Source: a virus (taxonomy: Duplodnaviria; Caudoviricetes). From it: DNA of 46,997 nt. Below, piece by piece: positions 17,160 through 26,891 of this stretch. The stretch is from the IMG/VR virus record IMGVR_UViG_3300048574_000506, positions 1 through 46,997 of that record. One strand, written 5' to 3'. The translations under genes were made by a program, and so were the position numbers. Positions within the stretch are counted from its first letter, which is position 1. Each line of letters begins with the position of its first letter. Below the pieces are notes generated by a model that was not told where the DNA came from, searched no databases, and worked only from the letters and a program-made list of their open reading frames with translations.

Positions 17160-17188
17160 TTGCCACCGCCCGATGGCTGCGCTACCGT
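17160..17188 (+). promoter_or_regulatory. Putative promoter of the counter-oriented moron
   Basis: TTGCCA-N17-TACCGT upstream of a purine-rich RBS and the ATG at 17209. Confidence 0.45.
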
Positions 17189-17208
17189 AGCCGGAAGGGG
17201 GAATCGCA

Positions 17209-17505
17209 ATGCTCAAGTTCTCGGCTATCGCCATCTGCATGCTCGGGGTCTCGCCCGCGATCGCAGGAGAAGTGTTCGACCTGGCGCTTCCCATCATGCA
17301 GTTCATGCCCATGCAGCAGGCCGATGGCTCGCGCACATGGCGCTTCGTCATCAATCCGCGCAAAGCCGACGAGGAGACGATCCTGTCCCTGCTGGCCAGC
17401 GAGATGGGCAAGGCTCAATGGTGCGGGGAAGGCTGGGAGATCCAGTCTCGGCAAACCGTCTCTGGCGGGATCATCTACGAGGGTCGCTGCAAAACGGCTC
17501 AGTAG
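17209..17505 (+). CDS. Counter-oriented moron: small exported protein
   Basis: Fills the gap between two neck genes. Signal peptide MLKFSAIAICMLGVSPAIA, and two Cys in the mature part. Confidence 0.65.
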   Translation: MLKFSAIAICMLGVSPAIAGEVFDLALPIMQFMPMQQADGSRTWRFVINPRKADEETILSLLASEMGKAQWCGEGWEIQSRQTVSGGIIYEGRCKTAQ

Positions 17506-18107
17506 AAGACCCGGAACGGAAAGAGCAGCGCCTCAACACCGAGCGGCATTTCGGCGACGATGGTTCCCGTGATGACCGCCTCGCGATTCTCGTGCCACTG
17601 CCCGATCAGCAACAGCATGGCTTGGCGGATCGGCTCCGGGACATCGCCCGGATTCGTGCCGTAGCCTGCAACGAAGCGAACGGTGATCGCCGCCATCTGC
17701 TCGCGAACACCGGGCCAGTTCACGCCATATGCAGGCTGAATCACCCATTCGCCAGTGTCAGACTTCGCGACCTGATACTGGTCAGTGGAAAGGGTCTGCG
17801 CTGTGCCTAGCTGATCCACGTAGCTGATGGCGGCGACGCTCATCATCGGCGAATGCGGCAGCACAATGCGATGGCGCCAACATCCGTTGATGCGCTCCGT
17901 GGGCCAGCGATCGTCCAGCGTCAGATCCAGCGTCTGCTGCATCAGCGCCCGGCGTGTGTACACCTCAACGTGCTGACGCGCCGCGAGGATGTAGCCGGCA
18001 AGCAGCGCGTTGGTGTCCGGATCGTCGAGATCGATGCGGCAGTGCGCGCGAGCTTCCGCAATCGAGACCGGCTCGAGAGCCGGCCCGGCGACGAGTGCTA
18101 GACCCAT
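17499..18107 (-). CDS. Head-tail connector (gp6/gp15-like adaptor)
   Basis: Motifs EPVSIAEARAHCRID and VPEPIRQAMLLLIGQWHENRE. Confidence 0.92.
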   Translation of the reverse strand: MGLALVAGPALEPVSIAEARAHCRIDLDDPDTNALLAGYILAARQHVEVYTRRALMQQTLDLTLDDRWPTERINGCWRHRIVLPHSPMMSVAAISYVDQLGTAQTLSTDQYQVAKSDTGEWVIQPAYGVNWPGVREQMAAITVRFVAGYGTNPGDVPEPIRQAMLLLIGQWHENREAVITGTIVAEMPLGVEALLFPFRVFY

Positions 18108-18125
18108 GCAACCTCCGAGTAGGTA

Positions 18126-18151
18126 GCGGGGCAGTCTCGCGACTGCCCCGC
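18126..18151. terminator. Stem-loop downstream of the capsid-adjacent gene
   Basis: GCGGGGCAGTC-TCGC-GACTGCCCCGC, a perfect 11-bp stem. No clear U-tract. Confidence 0.4.
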
Positions 18152-18157
18152 CAGAGG

Positions 18158-18607
18158 TCAGGCCGCGGCCTGAATCACCGGCTTCTGCTCGGCCCGTCCG
18201 AGCAGGGCGAAGATCGCCATGAGCTCGGCGCCGGTGTTGGCCGCCGGCGTCACGGTCACGCGCACGTAACGCTTGTTGCCGCGATAGCCGATCTTGCGCA
18301 CCTGGTCGTCCGCAGCGAACGTGAAGCCCGCCTGCACCTCGGGCGTCGAGGCGCTCGCCGGATCAGAGCCGATGAGTTCGGCATCCGGCACGGCCGCGGC
18401 GTCGCTCAGGTTCGCGGCATCGCCGTGTTCGACGAGCACGGTGTAGGTCGCGTCCGCATCCGGCACCGAGCCGAGAAGGATGCCGATCAGCATCGAGTCG
18501 TAGCCCTGTCGGTCCACGATCTGCGACACGCGCGCCGTGTTGTCGCCGGCACCGGCGGCCGGCGAGTACATGCGCTTGAGCTGGACATTCGTGCAAAGGT
18601 CTCGCAT
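18158..18607 (-). CDS. Capsid-associated (decoration-like) protein
   Basis: Follows the capsid gene; motifs VDRQGYDS and IGYRGNKRYVRV; RBS AGGAG. Confidence 0.65.
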   Translation of the reverse strand: MRDLCTNVQLKRMYSPAAGAGDNTARVSQIVDRQGYDSMLIGILLGSVPDADATYTVLVEHGDAANLSDAAAVPDAELIGSDPASASTPEVQAGFTFAADDQVRKIGYRGNKRYVRVTVTPAANTGAELMAIFALLGRAEQKPVIQAAA

Positions 18608-18627
18608 GAGAGTCTCCTGAAAGGACA

Positions 18628-18649
18628 GCGGCCGCCTCGTGGCGGCCGC
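18628..18649. terminator. Stem-loop after the major capsid gene
   Basis: GCGGCCGCC-TCGT-GGCGGCCGC, followed on the minus strand by a short TTT. Confidence 0.4.
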
Positions 18650-18689
18650 GCAAGGGTAGTGATCGATGGTCAGTCCGTGGCGCCCAGGA

Positions 18690-20030
18690 TCAGGTGCCGA
18701 AGCGAACGAACTTGATCACCTCGAAGTTCACGACGCCGCCGCCGACGCGACGAATCGAATAGAACTTCACGTAGGGCTTGTCGGTGTACGGATCGCGCAG
18801 CGTGCGGATGCCGAGCCGGTCCACGATCTGGTAGCCCTCCTTGAAGTTCCCGAGCGCGAGCGACAGCGAACCGGCGGCGAGAGCCGGCATGTCCTCCGCC
18901 ATCACGATCGGATACCCGATCAGCGTCGAGGGCTTGCCTGCGGCGAGGCCGGGCAGCCACAGGTAGTTGTTGTCGGTGCCCTTGAACTTGCGGATCTTGG
19001 TGATCACCGAGCGACGCGTCACCCAGCTCGCGCCGTTGAGGTACGCCGGCTTGAAGGCGCCCTCCACGTCGAACAGGATGTCCGCCGGGTTGCTGCCAGC
19101 GAAATCGCTGTTCACCCCAGTGCTGACGTGCTCGAGCGTGCCCCAGGCCCGCGAGGCATCCGCCGTGGCCGCCGTGGCGTACATCGCGAAGCCCTTCGGG
19201 CTCGCGACGCCGGTGCCGACCACGAACGCCGTGCCTTCGCGACGCGCGAAGCGATCCGCCACCTTCGCGGAGAGCCACCCCTCGATATCGACCGACGCGT
19301 CGTCGAGCAGCTTCTGCGTCGCCTTGGGCTGCGCATACTGCTCGTACGCCACGATCTCGTACTTGCCGATCTGCGGCGTCTTCGTGTCCGCTCGAGTTTC
19401 GGTCTCTCCGACCCAGCCGTCTCCGGCCTCGTCGAGATCCGCGATGCCCTCGAGGCGATCGCTGCTGATCGGCTGCACGGCCGCGATCGCGCGGATCGGC
19501 GACAGGTCGAACACGCGCGTAACGATGCGGCCCGTCGTGTCCGCCGGCACATAGTAGCCGCCATCTGCGTCGACGCCGACCTGCAGGGCCTTCACCTCGT
19601 CCGACGACAGGATGTCGCGGCCCTTGCGCATGTGCTTCGCGAAGGCGCTCTTGTAGGCCCGGAAGCCCTCGAGCGGGACGTCATCGGGAACCGCCTGGCC
19701 GCGCTCGCGCGCCAGAGACTTGATCTGCGCGTTGAACTCACCGAGCGCCTTCTGCTCGATGTCGTCGCTCTTGCCCGTGCCCTGCACGCGCAGCAGGTTG
19801 ACCTTGCGCTCGAGTTCCTCGCGCGCCTCTCCCTCGAGCTTGATGCGCTTCTCGAGGTCCTCCTTCTTGCCGGTCAGATCGTCGATCGACTGGCCGAGCT
19901 TGTCGAGCTTCGCCTCGGCGAGCGCGTCGCGCACGCCCTTGGCGATCAGCTTGTTGTTCTCGGTCTTGAATTCCTCGAACGCGCGACCGATCTGCTCGCA
20001 CGTCTGCTTGAGCTCTTCAATGGGTTCCAT
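18690..20030 (-). CDS. Major capsid protein, HK97 fold, with N-terminal delta (scaffold) domain
   Basis: Coiled-coil N-terminus; motifs DADGGYYVP, ATQKLLDDA and LRDPYTDKPYVKFYSIRRVGG. Confidence 0.97.
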   Translation of the reverse strand: MEPIEELKQTCEQIGRAFEEFKTENNKLIAKGVRDALAEAKLDKLGQSIDDLTGKKEDLEKRIKLEGEAREELERKVNLLRVQGTGKSDDIEQKALGEFNAQIKSLARERGQAVPDDVPLEGFRAYKSAFAKHMRKGRDILSSDEVKALQVGVDADGGYYVPADTTGRIVTRVFDLSPIRAIAAVQPISSDRLEGIADLDEAGDGWVGETETRADTKTPQIGKYEIVAYEQYAQPKATQKLLDDASVDIEGWLSAKVADRFARREGTAFVVGTGVASPKGFAMYATAATADASRAWGTLEHVSTGVNSDFAGSNPADILFDVEGAFKPAYLNGASWVTRRSVITKIRKFKGTDNNYLWLPGLAAGKPSTLIGYPIVMAEDMPALAAGSLSLALGNFKEGYQIVDRLGIRTLRDPYTDKPYVKFYSIRRVGGGVVNFEVIKFVRFGT

Positions 20031-20033
20031 GCA

Positions 20034-20738
20034 TCACCTGTAGTTGCGGATTCGTGACATCAGTTGAGCGCCAATGGCATTGACCTCAACCACCTTGGCC
20101 GTCTCCGAATCGCTCGGACGCAGGCGCTTGACCCGTGACACAAAGGCCACGGCTTGCTGGCGCGAGAACCCACAAGCGTCACGCAGGTAGGTTTCGGCGT
20201 CAGCGAGATTCTGGAGGTGCTCGATCGCCTTCGCCGATTCCACCGTCGCTTTGCGGTTCATCGGGAAGGTCACGATCGAGACCTCGAAGAGGTTCAGTTT
20301 CTTGAGCGTGCGACGCGGCTCTTCCGGCTTGCGCCCGAGCGTCACGTCGACGACCTCGTAACCGATCGACAAGCCGTCGAGCTCGCCGGACTTCACACCC
20401 TCGTAGATGTACTTGCCCTTCTGCGTATCGAGCGCGAAGAGCTCGCCCTCGAGATAGAGGCCCTTCTCGTCCTCCTCCATCTCCGTGTACTTGCCGATGG
20501 GAATGCCATCCTCAGCCGGACCGAAGAAGCCGCCGTGCTGCAGCAGCATCTTGGGCCGCTTGCCGCGGCCACGCCATTCCTTAAGCGTCGCCTTGAACGC
20601 GCCGGGCGCGATGATATCGCCGCCCTGGTCCACGTTGTTGAAGACGGCGCCGTAGCCCTTGAACGTGCCCACGCGCGCGCCGTCATCGCTTCCGGTGAAC
20701 TTCAGCTCCAGCCCGCAGCGCATGTGCTCGAGCTTCAT
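20034..20738 (-). CDS. HK97-family prohead protease
   Basis: Motifs FKGYGAVFNNVD, MLLQH, DGLSIGY and LFEVSIVTFPMN. Confidence 0.96.
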   Translation of the reverse strand: MKLEHMRCGLELKFTGSDDGARVGTFKGYGAVFNNVDQGGDIIAPGAFKATLKEWRGRGKRPKMLLQHGGFFGPAEDGIPIGKYTEMEEDEKGLYLEGELFALDTQKGKYIYEGVKSGELDGLSIGYEVVDVTLGRKPEEPRRTLKKLNLFEVSIVTFPMNRKATVESAKAIEHLQNLADAETYLRDACGFSRQQAVAFVSRVKRLRPSDSETAKVVEVNAIGAQLMSRIRNYR

Positions 20739-22006
20739 TCCGCATCTCCTTCCGAGGAACCGGTGGTCTTGCCATCGCCCGCCGCAGGGTCAGTCGGCGC
20801 TGGCGGGTTACCGGCGAAGGTATTTGCCGGCGCGAGCGGCTCATCCAGGCCAGGCAACGGATTGAGGTCCATGACTTCGCGCGCCTCGTTTCGCACGTAG
20901 ATTCCGGACAGCACCATTCGCGCCAGGAATTCGGCCTGGTCGCGTGCGGTCATGCGCAGCATCGCCTTCTCATTCAGCTTCGAGTAGTAGCCGCGCGCAC
21001 GATCCGCCTTGCCGATCAGCCGCTTGTCGGCACTCTGCTCGAGGCGGCGCGCCCATGGGGCCGCCGTGTACATGGAATGCGCCAGGAACATCTGCTCGGA
21101 ACTCGCGTACGAGGCCGTCTTGTCGGTATGACCGACCATGATCGGCAACACGCGCATGAAACGGCAGACTTCCTCCACCGCAAACCGTCGCTGCTCGAGA
21201 AGCTGCGCATCGACATTGGACATCGCGGTCGCGAGCCATTTCGCCGCTCGATCGAGCACCATCGGCCGCCCGGCGTTCTCGGTGCCCGTGTGGTACTTCT
21301 CGAGCCAGCCCATCAATTTCTTGTGCTGGTCGTCGGCGAGGCTGCCCTCCACGGAAAGGTACCCGGGCATCCGCACGCCGTTCGTCTGCAACCGCGCCTG
21401 ACCTTCCTCGAGCGCCATCGAAAGGCCCAGGGCTTGCCGCGCGAGCTGCATGAACGGAAGCCCGACATAGCTCGACCACGAGGGCCCGCGTACGTGCCAG
21501 ACATCGTTCGACGTCAGCGACAACGTCCGGCCGTCGTCGACACGAATTTCGTAGGTCGGCAGGTCCGGCCATCGATGTTTGCAGGTCACCCAGCCGGGCT
21601 CGAGCAGCCAGAGCGCGTCGATACGGCCTGCAACGGTGGGCGCCCACACGTAGGCGTTGTTGGTGAACGCCAGGTGCAAACCCATCGTTTCCTGAAACTC
21701 GAACGCGGTCTGCAGCGGATTCGGCTCGATGGCGAGCTTGTCGTAGAGCGGGTGCTGCGTCGCGGGGGCGATCTCGCGCCCGGCGCGCTGCATCACCTTC
21801 CACGGCAGCAACGCGATGCACTCGGCGATCACCCTGCCGCAGGCCAGTGCCGTCGCGACCTGCAGCGTCGTCGTGAGCGAAACGTCCTTGTTCGCCCACA
21901 CGCTGCCCCAGCCGCCGTAGACCTCGCGGAACAGCTCAAGCGAATCTGTTTTCTGATTGTCCGACCGCCTGTTCAAGGCGCGGGACAGCCAGTCGCGCAA
22001 CGCCAC
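20735..22006 (-). CDS. HK97-family portal protein
   Basis: Motifs PNPLQTAFEF, DAQLLEQRRF, EEVCRFMRV and NEAREVMDLNP. Confidence 0.96.
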   Translation of the reverse strand: MALRDWLSRALNRRSDNQKTDSLELFREVYGGWGSVWANKDVSLTTTLQVATALACGRVIAECIALLPWKVMQRAGREIAPATQHPLYDKLAIEPNPLQTAFEFQETMGLHLAFTNNAYVWAPTVAGRIDALWLLEPGWVTCKHRWPDLPTYEIRVDDGRTLSLTSNDVWHVRGPSWSSYVGLPFMQLARQALGLSMALEEGQARLQTNGVRMPGYLSVEGSLADDQHKKLMGWLEKYHTGTENAGRPMVLDRAAKWLATAMSNVDAQLLEQRRFAVEEVCRFMRVLPIMVGHTDKTASYASSEQMFLAHSMYTAAPWARRLEQSADKRLIGKADRARGYYSKLNEKAMLRMTARDQAEFLARMVLSGIYVRNEAREVMDLNPLPGLDEPLAPANTFAGNPPAPTDPAAGDGKTTGSSEGDAE

Positions 22007-23695
22007 CTACTGCTCCCAGAAGGACTTGCGTGGTTGAGGGGCCAGCGACATCAACGCGACGGCATTGAACGTGGCCATCAGCGGGTCAATCTTGGCAGAC
22101 CCAGCCGCCTGCTTCGTGATGATCACCGCGTTACCCCTTGGCTCTACACGAGCATTCCCGACGCACCAGTTCATCAGCGGTCGATTTCCGTGCACGAGCA
22201 TCCCTTCCGCCAAACGCCGCTCGGTGGTCTTGATCGAGCCCACCATCCGCCAGCCTTGAGGAATGCCGACGATGCGATCGAACTCGATCTTCCTGGCCAC
22301 GATTGCATCGACAACTTCTCCGATTCCGGCCTGGTCGACGCCGATCTTGTCCAGTAGCCTCGAAGCCTCCACTTGCTCGACCAGGTCTGCGACCTGCTCG
22401 ACGTCCTCGCCGATACTCGAAACGATCGTCAGATCGCCGTCTCGCTGAAAATCGAGGTAGCGGTCAGCGTTCGCCTTCCTGCGCTCGAGCGCGATCGGGT
22501 GCAACCAGGCGTGCGTCCACAACAGCCACCGACCGCTGCCCTCCTCACGGCCGAGCACCGCGAGCCCGAGCATGTCGTCGAGTCCGCCGCCGTCGATCCC
22601 GATCGTTACGACGTCGCTACGATCGAGTAGCTGTTCGATCTGCAGTCGCTCTGGCTCGCGCTGCTCCCAGAAATCGGCGCCCACCCACCGATCTGAATGC
22701 AGCGCAAGACCGATCTCGACGTTCAGGTGCTGCGAAGCCCACGCGCGAAGTTCCGACTCGCCGGTATTCTTCGCCGTCTCGAACTCCTGCTCGAGTCGAG
22801 CGATCGTGATCGAGCGCCCGACATTGGGCGTGACCATCGGCCAGTTGTCCGGGTTCGACCAGATCTCCCGCGTCTGCTGCATCTCGCGCGGGAATTCATA
22901 GAGGACCGGGAGCATGGCGCCCTGGATTTTTCCGTCGCGAATGTCGCGCGCCTTCTGCAGCTCCGCGGCGAAAACGCCCGCGGGTGGTTCCTCGCTCTGC
23001 GTCGTAATGAAGACCGCGAACGCCTCGGGGAACGGCAACATGCCGCCCCGGAGCTGCCGCACCGCGCTCGGGGCCTTCGCCATTTTCGCCACGACGTGGA
23101 TCTCATCGAGCAGCGCGGCCAGCACCTTCTGGCCGGTGAGTGCCGCCGGGTCGAAGGTCATGATCTGCAGCTCGGCCTTCGTCTCCCGGTGCGTGATCTT
23201 CTTCAGGTGATCGCGAACGTGCAGCTTCTTGTCGAGCACCGGATCGAGCGCAATCGCACCTGCGACCGCGTCGAAGGCGATCTCAGTCACGTCCTGCACC
23301 GGCGCGGCCATGATCAGCGTGCCGCGCGGCCGCTCATTCAGCAGCAACGCCGTGAGCATCAGCAGCGCGCCGTTCGTCGTCTTCGCGTTCTTCTTCGGCA
23401 CGAGCAACAGCAGCTCGCGAATCATCCGCATTCGAGTCTTCGGATCTATCGACCCGAACAGTGCGCGGACGATATCGCGGAACCACTCCCCGCCCGCTTC
23501 GGCCATAGTCGGCGTACCCGGCACGTCCGCCAGGCGCAACTTGTTGAAGATCGCGACGGCCCGGTCGCCGCTGACGCGATCGATCGGCAGATCTGGTACC
23601 AGCGATCGACCCGTGCGCAAGCGCTCCGGCCAGTCGCGGCAGGACAGATCCCACGCTATTGGATCGATGGCGGCGGCTTGAGCAAGTCTTCCCAT
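22007..23695 (-). CDS. terL: Terminase large subunit
   Basis: Walker A VPKKNAKT, Walker B LLDEIH, nuclease motif GIDGGGLDD and KIDPLMA. Confidence 0.96.
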   Translation of the reverse strand: MGRLAQAAAIDPIAWDLSCRDWPERLRTGRSLVPDLPIDRVSGDRAVAIFNKLRLADVPGTPTMAEAGGEWFRDIVRALFGSIDPKTRMRMIRELLLLVPKKNAKTTNGALLMLTALLLNERPRGTLIMAAPVQDVTEIAFDAVAGAIALDPVLDKKLHVRDHLKKITHRETKAELQIMTFDPAALTGQKVLAALLDEIHVVAKMAKAPSAVRQLRGGMLPFPEAFAVFITTQSEEPPAGVFAAELQKARDIRDGKIQGAMLPVLYEFPREMQQTREIWSNPDNWPMVTPNVGRSITIARLEQEFETAKNTGESELRAWASQHLNVEIGLALHSDRWVGADFWEQREPERLQIEQLLDRSDVVTIGIDGGGLDDMLGLAVLGREEGSGRWLLWTHAWLHPIALERRKANADRYLDFQRDGDLTIVSSIGEDVEQVADLVEQVEASRLLDKIGVDQAGIGEVVDAIVARKIEFDRIVGIPQGWRMVGSIKTTERRLAEGMLVHGNRPLMNWCVGNARVEPRGNAVIITKQAAGSAKIDPLMATFNAVALMSLAPQPRKSFWEQ

Positions 23696-24063
23696 TCCGT
23701 TCCGTGCTGTGCAGTCTTCGCTGCGGCCTGCGCCTGTGCCTTCTTCCCTTCAGGTGATGGGCGGACAGGCTGCTCTTCGATCTCCTGCTCGGAGAACTTG
23801 CCTTGGGTATGCGTCAGGTAGAGCCGCGCTGATGCCGTTGAACCCTTCTTCGCGGCGCGGTACATGGCGGCTAGTACTTCCTCGCGCCGGGCGAGCGCAC
23901 CGGCCCCGAGCTCGTGCTCGAAATGCTTGAGCAGCGTGGTTCGACTGATTCCGAGCATCAGCGCGATCTGCTCCTGGGAGATTCCACCCCCGGCCGCTAT
24001 CTCGACTCGACGTCGGGTGGCGTCGCTGAACTTCAATTGTTTTCGGCCGCGCTTCTTGCCCAT
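23656..24063 (-). CDS. terS: Terminase small subunit
   Basis: HTH SQEQIALMLGISRTTLLKHF directly upstream of terL; start at MGKKRGR. Confidence 0.8.
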   Translation of the reverse strand: MGKKRGRKQLKFSDATRRRVEIAAGGGISQEQIALMLGISRTTLLKHFEHELGAGALARREEVLAAMYRAAKKGSTASARLYLTHTQGKFSEQEIEEQPVRPSPEGKKAQAQAAAKTAQHGTEWEDLLKPPPSIQ

Positions 24064-24194
24064 GAATTTCTGTACAGAAATTGACTCACCCGTGACGCAA
24101 TGGGGTGAAAAAAACTCTCTCCGTGCGAGGGGCGTCGGTGTCCAAGGCAAAGGCGGTAGACATTTGACCCCCTACCCCTGCGCATTTGAAACAA
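24064..24194. other. Probable cos/packaging region
   Basis: Non-coding gap between HNH and terS. The minus strand reads GGGGTAGGGGGTCAAA…ACACCGACGCCCCTC…TTTTTTT, a layout typical of HK97-like 3'-cos phages. The exact cut site cannot be determined. Confidence 0.5.
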
Positions 24195-24515
24195 TCACTC
24201 GAGCACCCCTCGCGCTCTCGATTCGTCCGCGCTCTTGGCTGCATGGCACGCTCTGCATAGCCCCTGCAGATTGGCGTCGTCCTCCTTGCCTCCCAGATGC
24301 AGCGGCACGACGTGATCCACCTCGACCGCGGCTTGAACGTCACCACGCAACTGGCATTGAACACAGAGCGGGTGCGCGCGAAGAACGCGAGCATTGCGTT
24401 CCTGGCGTCGGCGGCCTGTGAGTCTCTGCTCTTGTGTACTCATCGATTTGACGCGCACCAGCTTGGCTGGTGACACACGAAACCCGAGCGCTTTAATTGC
24501 CCTCGCATCAGCCAT
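24195..24515 (-). CDS. Packaging-associated HNH endonuclease (HK97 gp74-like)
   Basis: Motifs HPLCVQC, EVDHVVPLHLGG and NLQGLCRACHAAKS. Confidence 0.93.
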   Translation of the reverse strand: MADARAIKALGFRVSPAKLVRVKSMSTQEQRLTGRRRQERNARVLRAHPLCVQCQLRGDVQAAVEVDHVVPLHLGGKEDDANLQGLCRACHAAKSADESRARGVLE

Positions 24516-24789
24516 TGAAGCAGCGCACAGGGAACTGGCGATTGACGATCTCTGTGTTCGTCAATGTGGCTTGCGCCTCTATCATGTACAGAGCCCCGTG
24601 CTGAGCGCCCCTGACCTTTACCTGAGATAGCGCCTGAATCGTATCAGTGACCTCGCTAATCTTGACGAGTGGCAGCGGCACGGCGTGAACGACGTCGCCG
24701 GCCAATCCGATCCCAGAAGGAAGGAAGTCGTTCCAGTCAACCTCGATCAGCACCTCATCGCCTGGGTCAATCAATGCCATGCCGGTCAT
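24508..24789 (-). CDS. Small fibre-adaptor-like protein
   Basis: 93 aa beginning DPGDEVLIEVDWNDFL, a pattern seen in small phage fibre adaptors. ATGA overlap with the upstream gene. Confidence 0.55.
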   Translation of the reverse strand: MTGMALIDPGDEVLIEVDWNDFLPSGIGLAGDVVHAVPLPLVKISEVTDTIQALSQVKVRGAQHGALYMIEAQATLTNTEIVNRQFPVRCFNG

Positions 24790-25616
24790 GAGTTCAACTT
24801 CACCGGATTGCGCGATGGGACGTCGAACCGAATTCGCGAAGGCAGCACCGTCGGCCCAGCCGCGATCTGATCCAGCGTCGCCGTAAGCGTGCCGCTGATC
24901 GTCGATGCGCCAGAGGTGATCCCGATCGAAGCCGAGAGCGTGCCACCGATAGAACTCGCCGCTGCCGGCTCCACGCGCAGCGCGGCTGTGAGATCGCCAC
25001 CGAGCGGACTCGAGCCGGACGAAACCGTCAGCAGCGTGAGCGAAGCGGCCAGCGAGCCGCCGAGCTGGGACGCCTGAGCACCGATGATGCTCGCCCCAGC
25101 CAGCAGCGACCCGCCGATCGTCGATCGACCTGGCGTCGAGGCAACTGGCGTCGGCGCCAGCGAGCCGCCCAAGCTCGAAACCCCCGAACCGTAGACCTTC
25201 GGGACCGGCGTCAGGTTGCCGGTGATCGTCGACGCGCCTTGACCGTAGGCCAGCGGCTGAGCTGCCAGCGAGCCGTTGATGTTCGACCCACCACCGGCCT
25301 GCGTGACCAGCGACAGCGTCCCGGTGATCGATCCGGTGATCTGCGTCTGCTGTGGCCCTGCGGCGGAAGGCGCCGCAGCCAGCGAACCGCCGAGCGTCGA
25401 GTCCGCATTGACCTCGATGACGAAGTCTGTCGGCGAATCCAGCGAGCCGTTGATCGAAGACGCACCGCCAGACGAGACCAGCGAGAGCGCCGCGAGCAGC
25501 GCACCACCGAGAACCGACATGCCGCCGGTCTGCACGAACAGCGTGCTCGAGTACGGCCGCGTCGTTGGGACGACGACCGTCTCGCGTCGGTAGATGCCCG
25601 GCGTGACGTAGCGCAT
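24786..25616 (-). CDS. Fibre/spike-like protein with ~12 repeats of S-x-(I/L)-(G/N/T)-G-(S/T)-L
   Basis: Repeats such as SSINGSL, STLGGSL, SNINGSL, STITGNL, SSLGGSL, STIGGSL, SQLGGSL, SSIGGTL and STISGTL recur about every 17-20 aa. Confidence 0.7.
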   Translation of the reverse strand: MRYVTPGIYRRETVVVPTTRPYSSTLFVQTGGMSVLGGALLAALSLVSSGGASSINGSLDSPTDFVIEVNADSTLGGSLAAAPSAAGPQQTQITGSITGTLSLVTQAGGGSNINGSLAAQPLAYGQGASTITGNLTPVPKVYGSGVSSLGGSLAPTPVASTPGRSTIGGSLLAGASIIGAQASQLGGSLAASLTLLTVSSGSSPLGGDLTAALRVEPAAASSIGGTLSASIGITSGASTISGTLTATLDQIAAGPTVLPSRIRFDVPSRNPVKLNS

Positions 25617-25624
25617 CGGTCAGC

Positions 25625-26431
25625 TCACTGCACCGAGACCTGCAACGATCCGATCGGCAGGCGGGGGGTGTTGTTCGTGTTCACCACGAGGTCGGAGGTG
25701 AGCTGGTTCGCTGCGAGCACGTTACCCGCCGTCAGCGCGTCGATCAGCGCCATGAATCGCACCGTGCCCCAGCCGGCCGGCGTCGCCTGATCGAACAGCA
25801 CCTCGGCCGAGTTCGATCCCGCGCCATCGGTCGGCGCACCGATCGTGACGGGCTTGCGGGCGTAGGCGTTGCCGGATACCTCGCCCGTCAACGTACCCGC
25901 CTTGAGATTCGCTACGGATGCGGTCGTGCCGAAGAGCGCCACCCGCACGGTCGGCGAGGTGTATGCCGTGTTTCGGAACGTGTGATTCAGCAGCGCGTGC
26001 GCGAGGTAGTCCGAGAACGGGCTGCCCGCGGCGAAATTCACCTGCATCAGACCCGCGGCGAAAGTCGGCTGGTTGCCGGTCACGAACGTGAGGTCCGAGT
26101 CGAACTGGCCGTAGGACAACACGTTGCCCGCAGTCGAGGCGTCCATGAAGGCGAAGAACCGCACCGGGTTCGGGTAGTCCGCCGAGAGCACCGGGTACTG
26201 AATCTGCGCGCTGTTCGTGATCGCGCGCGCGGCCGGCGCGCCGAAGGTCACCGCCTGGCGCGCATAGCTGCCGACCGCCACCTCGCCCGTCAGCGTGCCC
26301 GCCTCGAGTAGCGCGAGCGAGGCGGTCGTGCCAAAGAGCGCCATGTACACATTGACCGGCGGCGTGTAGTTGATGGCGCGCAGGACGTGGTTGTAGAGCG
26401 CCCCCTCGAGATAGTTGGAAGCCTGTGACAT
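25625..26431 (-). CDS. Fibre-associated structural protein made of two tandem copies of one domain
   Basis: SNYLEGALYNHVLR…GTLTGEV…YARQAVTF…DASTAGNVL is repeated as SDYLAHALLNHTFR…GTLTGEV…YARKPVTI…DALTAGNVL. Confidence 0.75.
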   Translation of the reverse strand: MSQASNYLEGALYNHVLRAINYTPPVNVYMALFGTTASLALLEAGTLTGEVAVGSYARQAVTFGAPAARAITNSAQIQYPVLSADYPNPVRFFAFMDASTAGNVLSYGQFDSDLTFVTGNQPTFAAGLMQVNFAAGSPFSDYLAHALLNHTFRNTAYTSPTVRVALFGTTASVANLKAGTLTGEVSGNAYARKPVTIGAPTDGAGSNSAEVLFDQATPAGWGTVRFMALIDALTAGNVLAANQLTSDLVVNTNNTPRLPIGSLQVSVQ

Positions 26432-26434
26432 GGA

Positions 26435-26890
26435 TCAATACTCCTCGACGTCCAGCCAGCCAGAGACCTTGCGCGTACTCGTGATGTCCGCGGATGCGAA
26501 GTTGAGCGCGAGGAACTGCGCAGCATCCGCGACCTTCAGCCGGGTTTCCGGCAGGAACACGATCTCGAGCGGGAATCGCATGTTCCAGAGCACCGGCTTG
26601 CGTGTGGACCCCGCGACCAGCGTACCGGGCGTCGTCACGAACGGCGTCGCGGTGAACTCCGCCGCCTTCGTGTTCAGATCGTCGATCGGCTGCGGCGTGA
26701 TAGCGGTCCCACCCCCGCTGCCCGCCGTCGAGCGCTTCAGCCACAGCAGGCGCGCGAACACGTCCGTCGTGACATTCGACCATAGCCGCAGCTCGTAGAC
26801 CGCGATCGAGCGCGCGGGGTTCAGGACGATGATGTCCTGAGCCGCGTTCGTCAGGTCCGCGTTCTCGATGGGGACGTTGTATTTCAGCAT
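26435..26890 (-). CDS. Hypothetical beta-rich virion-associated protein
   Basis: 151 aa, tightly packed in the late operon, with RBS GAGG. Confidence 0.65.
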   Translation of the reverse strand: MLKYNVPIENADLTNAAQDIIVLNPARSIAVYELRLWSNVTTDVFARLLWLKRSTAGSGGGTAITPQPIDDLNTKAAEFTATPFVTTPGTLVAGSTRKPVLWNMRFPLEIVFLPETRLKVADAAQFLALNFASADITSTRKVSGWLDVEEY

Positions 26891-26891
26891 T

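Noticed and set aside
18670-18700. Frameshift extension of the major capsid protein
   Set aside because: No slippery sequence, and the alternative frame ends within a few codons.
7887-23821. Long plus-strand ORFs opposite structural genes (e.g. 7887-9323, 18666-20057, 21077-22357, 22697-23821)
   Set aside because: They are shadow ORFs of high-GC coding sequence, with Arg/Ala-rich translations and no motifs.
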